Below the pieces are notes generated by a model. It was not told the origin of the DNA. It did no database searches and was given only the letters and a program-made list of their open reading frames with translations. A program made the translations under genes and the position numbers. Source: an uncultured Nitrospinota bacterium (GTDB taxonomy: Bacteria > UBA8248). Taken from it: a stretch of DNA of 39,751 nt. This document shows positions 36,458 to 39,751 of the stretch, piece by piece (position 1 is the first letter of the stretch; every line of letters begins with the position of its first letter). The DNA lies in contig CAMYJL010000007.1 of NCBI GenBank assembly GCA_947258645.1, positions 1 through 39,751 of the forward strand. The letters run 5' to 3'.

Positions 36458-38329
36458 TTATATCTCCCGTGACCGACTGGCGGCCACGCGCGAGTCCCGG
36501 ACGGCGTCGCCGAGCGCCGAGCGGAGATCGTCGCCGCTGATGGTTTCCTGCTCGAGAAGGCGCTTGGCCAAGGCGTCCATATCCTTCCGGTGGCGTCCGA
36601 GAATCTCCGCCACGCGCTTGTTCGCGGCGTCCAGAATCTTTCCAACTTCTTGATCTACCTCGCGTTGCGTGTCTCCGCTGATGGAATCGGGGCCCAAGGG
36701 GGCCCGCATGTTCCCGCTCAGGAAAAGTGGCCTCGGCTCCGAGCGCAGCGCGCGCGGGCCGAAACGATCCGTCATGCCGTACTCCGTCACCATCGAGGTG
36801 GCGATGTCCGTCGCCCGTTGGAGATCGTTCTGCGCGCCTGTGGAGACTTCCTCAAAAACCAGGACCTCGGACGCCCGCCCGCCGAGAAGGACGCAGATGC
36901 GATCCTCCAACTCGCTTTTCGAGAGCAGATAGCGATCCTCGGTCGGCCGCTGGAGCGTGTAGCCCAATGCGCCGATGCCGCGAGGGATGATTGAGACCTT
37001 CTGGACCGGGTCGGCCGTCCCCACGAGCTCGGCCGCGATAGCGTGCCCGAGCTCGTGGTAGGCCACGCGGCGCCTTTCCTCGGGCGTCATCACCCGCGAT
37101 TTTTTTTCAAGGCCCGCGGCAAGGCGCTCGAACGCCTCCTCGAACTCGGCCATGCCGACGGCATCCTTGTTATTCCGGGCGGCCAGCAGGGCAGCCTCGT
37201 TCGCCAGGTTCGCCAGGTCCGCCCCCGTGAGGCCGGGCGTCATTTCGCCAATGCGGTCGATGTTCACGTCGGGATTGAGCACGAGGTTTTTCGTGTGCAC
37301 CTTGAGGATATGCTTCCGGCCGATGAGGTCGGGCCGATCCACCAGGACCTGCCGGTCGAAGCGCCCCGGCCGGAGCAGGGCGGCGTCCAGGATCTCCGGG
37401 CGGTTGGTCGCCGCCATGATGATGACGCCTCTCCGCGTATCGAAGCCGTCCATCTCCACGAGAAGCTGGTTCAGCGTCTGCTCGCGCTCGTCATGACCGC
37501 CCGTGATGCCGCCCATGCCGCGCGATTTCCCGAGCGCGTCCAGTTCGTCGATGAAAACGATGCAGGGCGCCTTCTCCATCGCCTGCTCAAACAGATCGCG
37601 CACGCGGGCCGCGCCGAGGCCCACGAACATCTCGACGAACTCCGAACCGCTGATGCTGAAAAAGTTCACCCCGGCCTCGCCCGCGACCGCCTTCGCCATG
37701 AGCGTTTTCCCGCAACCCGGCGGACCGACCAGCAACACACCGCGGGGGATCTTGCCGCCGAGGCGCTGGTAGCGCTCCGGATTCCTGAGAAAGTCCACCA
37801 CCTCGGCAAGCTCTTCCTTCGCCTCATCCACACCGGCAACGTCGTCGAATCGGACATCCACATCCGTCTGGGCGAAAATTTTCGCCTTGCTCCGCCCGAA
37901 CGCCATCACGCCCTGGCCCGGTCCCATCTTCCGCAGGACGAGCGCATAGATCGAGATCAGGATGCCCAGGGGGAGAATCCAGCTCGTGAAGAACTGAACG
38001 ATCCACGGTGGCGCGAACGCCCCCGAGTAAGTGACTCCGGCCTCGTCGAGCATCTTGATGAGCCCCGGATCGTCCACCTTGGCCGTCTCGAAGAACTTGC
38101 CGCGCCCGGTGAGATCTTTCGCTTGCAACTGACCGCGCAGACGATCCGCGAGCAGATCCACCCGCTCGACCTGGCCCTGTTTCACCAGCTGGCGGAACTC
38201 GTTGTAGGGAACGCGCTTGTACCGGGCGCCCTGGAAGAACAGGGAGTGGATCAGGGACATGATCACGAGGATGAAGAGAAAATACCCGATTGAAAAACGG
38301 GTTTTGTTGTCCATTTCCGTGGCTTCCAT
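36458..38329 (-). CDS. ftsH: ATP-dependent zinc metalloprotease FtsH
   Basis: It has two N-terminal TM helices, Walker [10 protein letters not shown], the second-region-of-homology sequence [19 protein letters not shown], and the zinc site HELGHAI. Confidence 0.95.
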   Translation of the reverse strand: MEATEMDNKTRFSIGYFLFILVIMSLIHSLFFQGARYKRVPYNEFRQLVKQGQVERVDLLADRLRGQLQAKDLTGRGKFFETAKVDDPGLIKMLDEAGVTYSGAFAPPWIVQFFTSWILPLGILISIYALVLRKMGPGQGVMAFGRSKAKIFAQTDVDVRFDDVAGVDEAKEELAEVVDFLRNPERYQRLGGKIPRGVLLVGPPGCGKTLMAKAVAGEAGVNFFSISGSEFVEMFVGLGAARVRDLFEQAMEKAPCIVFIDELDALGKSRGMGGITGGHDEREQTLNQLLVEMDGFDTRRGVIIMAATNRPEILDAALLRPGRFDRQVLVDRPDLIGRKHILKVHTKNLVLNPDVNIDRIGEMTPGLTGADLANLANEAALLAARNNKDAVGMAEFEEAFERLAAGLEKKSRVMTPEERRRVAYHELGHAIAAELVGTADPVQKVSIIPRGIGALGYTLQRPTEDRYLLSKSELEDRICVLLGGRASEVLVFEEVSTGAQNDLQRATDIATSMVTEYGMTDRFGPRALRSEPRPLFLSGNMRAPLGPDSISGDTQREVDQEVGKILDAANKRVAEILGRHRKDMDALAKRLLEQETISGDDLRSALGDAVRDSRVAASRSREI

Positions 38330-38584
38330 TTATAAGAGCGGCGGTGCTCCCGTATGGACCGGCTGGACCGGCTGAAAACACCTCTCTCATTAAAACATAT
38401 ATTCCGGCCCGGACACAGGCCACCCGGAAAGGTTCTGATCGTCCGCAAGAAAGAAACAGCGAATTTTTCCCACCTGTCCGGGGTTATCAAAATGGATGCC
38501 GAAATCACCCATCTCCTTGGAAACAGGGGGATTACTCAATGAATTCTTCTACGGAATTCCGGCATTCGGGAGGAGAAAAACAAG

Positions 38585-39022
38585 ATGAGAATAACAACTC
38601 AAATCATCCGCATCGTCTTGGATCTGATCTATTTCGTATTCGGCCTGAACGGGTTTTTCCTGTTCATCCCCGTGCCCGACCAGGCGCCCGCCGGCCAGGC
38701 CTTTCTCGACGCCATGCGCGACACCGGCTACTTCATCTATCTGTTCAAAACGGTCGAAACTTTGGCCGGGGCGCTTTTGCTGACGAACCGGTTCACGCCC
38801 CTGGCGCTCGTCCTGCTCGCCTCCATCACGGTCAATATTTTCTTCTACCATCTCATGATCGAGCCGAACGGCCTTCCCATCGGAACAGTCATGCTCGCCG
38901 CGCATCTGTTTTTGCTTTACCGGCACAGGACATTTTACCACCCCCCTCCTGATGGCCAAAACCGATATATAGACCGGGATGCGGGAAAACCTACAGCCCT
39001 TTTTCCATGTCGTACTGCCTGA
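38585..39022 (+). CDS. Small 4-TM membrane protein (possibly DoxX-like)
   Basis: It has four hydrophobic helices and a strong SD (GGGAGGAG) 9 nt upstream. The family assignment is a guess. The 3' end overlaps the GNAT gene by 32 nt. Confidence 0.55.
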   Translation: MRITTQIIRIVLDLIYFVFGLNGFFLFIPVPDQAPAGQAFLDAMRDTGYFIYLFKTVETLAGALLLTNRFTPLALVLLASITVNIFFYHLMIEPNGLPIGTVMLAAHLFLLYRHRTFYHPPPDGQNRYIDRDAGKPTALFPCRTA

Positions 39023-39452
39023 ACGACTGGCCGTTGTACTCCCTGTAATGCTCGCGCACGCTCACAAATCCTTTCGAGCGAAAAAACGGCTGGGCCGTCA
39101 CGCTCACATCCGCGAACAATTTTCGGACACCACGCCTGCCGGCCTCTTCTTCAATCCGGCTCATGAGCAGTGTTCCGACACCTTTTCGCTGGAAGAGATG
39201 GTGAATATAAAAACAATCCACCTCGCCGGACGGGCGGAATTCCGCAAATCCTAAAACGCTCTGGTCTTTCTCTACAACGAAAACATCGCATCCGGCCCAT
39301 CGGTTTTTCCAGAAATCATCATCAAATACTTCCGGCACCCAGGCCTGGATTTGCTCTGGAGAATAATCTTTCGCGTTCACGGTCCGGACGGTTTCATAAT
39401 AAAGCCGGGAGATACGCGGGATATCCTGATTCTGACATTCGCAGACAATCAT
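38991..39452 (-). CDS. GNAT-family N-acetyltransferase
   Basis: The acetyl-CoA motif is HHLFQRKGVGTLLMSRIEEEA. Length is 153 aa. Confidence 0.85.
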   Translation of the reverse strand: MIVCECQNQDIPRISRLYYETVRTVNAKDYSPEQIQAWVPEVFDDDFWKNRWAGCDVFVVEKDQSVLGFAEFRPSGEVDCFYIHHLFQRKGVGTLLMSRIEEEAGRRGVRKLFADVSVTAQPFFRSKGFVSVREHYREYNGQSFRQYDMEKGL

Positions 39453-39510
39453 GAAAAATCCCGTGGAATGCCGGCATTCAATTTTTTTTGCGGAGACTGA
39501 AGAAAGAAAA

Positions 39511-39751
39511 TCACTCGACCCGATCTTTCCTGGCGTAGTTCATGCTCTGATCGATCAGCTTTATCAATGCAGAACGATCCTTTTTCAAGCCCGTATTCAA
39601 AACGACATATTCCTTCTTGACATGGCCGTTCGAAAAATACCGGAGCCTTTTGTTGCCTCGCGTCGACAACAGGTTGTCCCGTATTTTTTCAGGCAACCGT
39701 AGCGCAAACCCGAATTTTCCGCACGAGGCGAAAATCTTCCCGTCCACATAG
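39511..39751 (-). CDS. Partial gene, TfoX/Sxy N-terminal-domain-like (runs off the right edge)
   Basis: The frame stays open to the window end. DGKIFASCGKFGFALRLPEKIRDNLL resembles TfoX_N-type proteins. The assignment is weak. Confidence 0.4.
   Translation of the reverse strand, partial: YVDGKIFASCGKFGFALRLPEKIRDNLLSTRGNKRLRYFSNGHVKKEYVVLNTGLKKDRSALIKLIDQSMNYARKDRVE

Noticed and set aside
38356-38373. The tandem 9-mer GGACCGGCT x2 and a TTCCGG/CCGGAA inverted repeat (38402-38429) in the divergent region between ftsH and the membrane-protein gene.
   Set aside because: They are too short and too G/C-rich to separate from chance. They are mentioned only as weak support for the CCCGGAA motif.
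1-39751. A search for CRISPR arrays, transposases or integrases, prophage genes, toxin-antitoxin pairs (for example GNAT plus a small antitoxin), or defence-island content.
   Set aside because: No direct-repeat/spacer array was seen, and no recombinase-like translation was found. The GNAT gene (38991-39452) has no adjacent small RHH/DUF1778-like partner. Every gene in the window has a housekeeping or ordinary metabolic identity.

Overview
This is a visibly GC-rich bacterial chromosomal window made up almost entirely of core housekeeping genes; it is not an accessory island. The left third is mostly on the + strand. It holds a GAF/HD-GYP c-di-GMP phosphodiesterase, a threonine aldolase, an MBL-fold hydrolase, a divergent membrane protein, and an mlaE-mlaD-mlaC operon with no ATPase gene. 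Next, on the - strand, come an MFS transporter plus a small helical protein, alaS, a small secreted basic protein, and an orphan methylmalonyl-CoA-mutase catalytic subunit. The centre is an uninterrupted ~17.5 kb minus-strand run: tRNA-Leu, tig, clpP, clpX, lon, tRNA-Val, thrS, infC, rpmI, rplT, pheS, pheT, a zapB-like gene, zapA, a 6S RNA, 5-formyl-THF cyclo-ligase, rny and ymdB. The 6S RNA is absent from the ORF track and was recognised from structure plus synteny. A stand-alone Lon-N-domain gene converges on this run. The right end carries a MazG-like gene with folE2, an amidohydrolase, a GT4 glycosyltransferase, ftsH, a 4-TM membrane protein, a GNAT and a partial TfoX-like gene. I found no CRISPR array, transposase, integrase, prophage, or recognisable defence or toxin module, so I cannot honestly name a new multi-gene system here. 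The observations most worth a second look are the unannotated 6S RNA, the low-complexity C-terminal tails on IF-3 and Lon, a 230-nt structured rpmI-rplT spacer, a terminator/attenuator in front of pheS, the ATPase-less mla operon, the MazG-folE2 pairing, the orphan mutase subunit coupled to a secreted basic protein, and two intergenic repeat structures at the left end. All protein calls rest on motifs recognised by eye in the supplied translations; no database search or folding program was run. Start codons are often non-ATG and several are uncertain. The many long ORFs antisense to real genes are treated as GC-driven artefacts.
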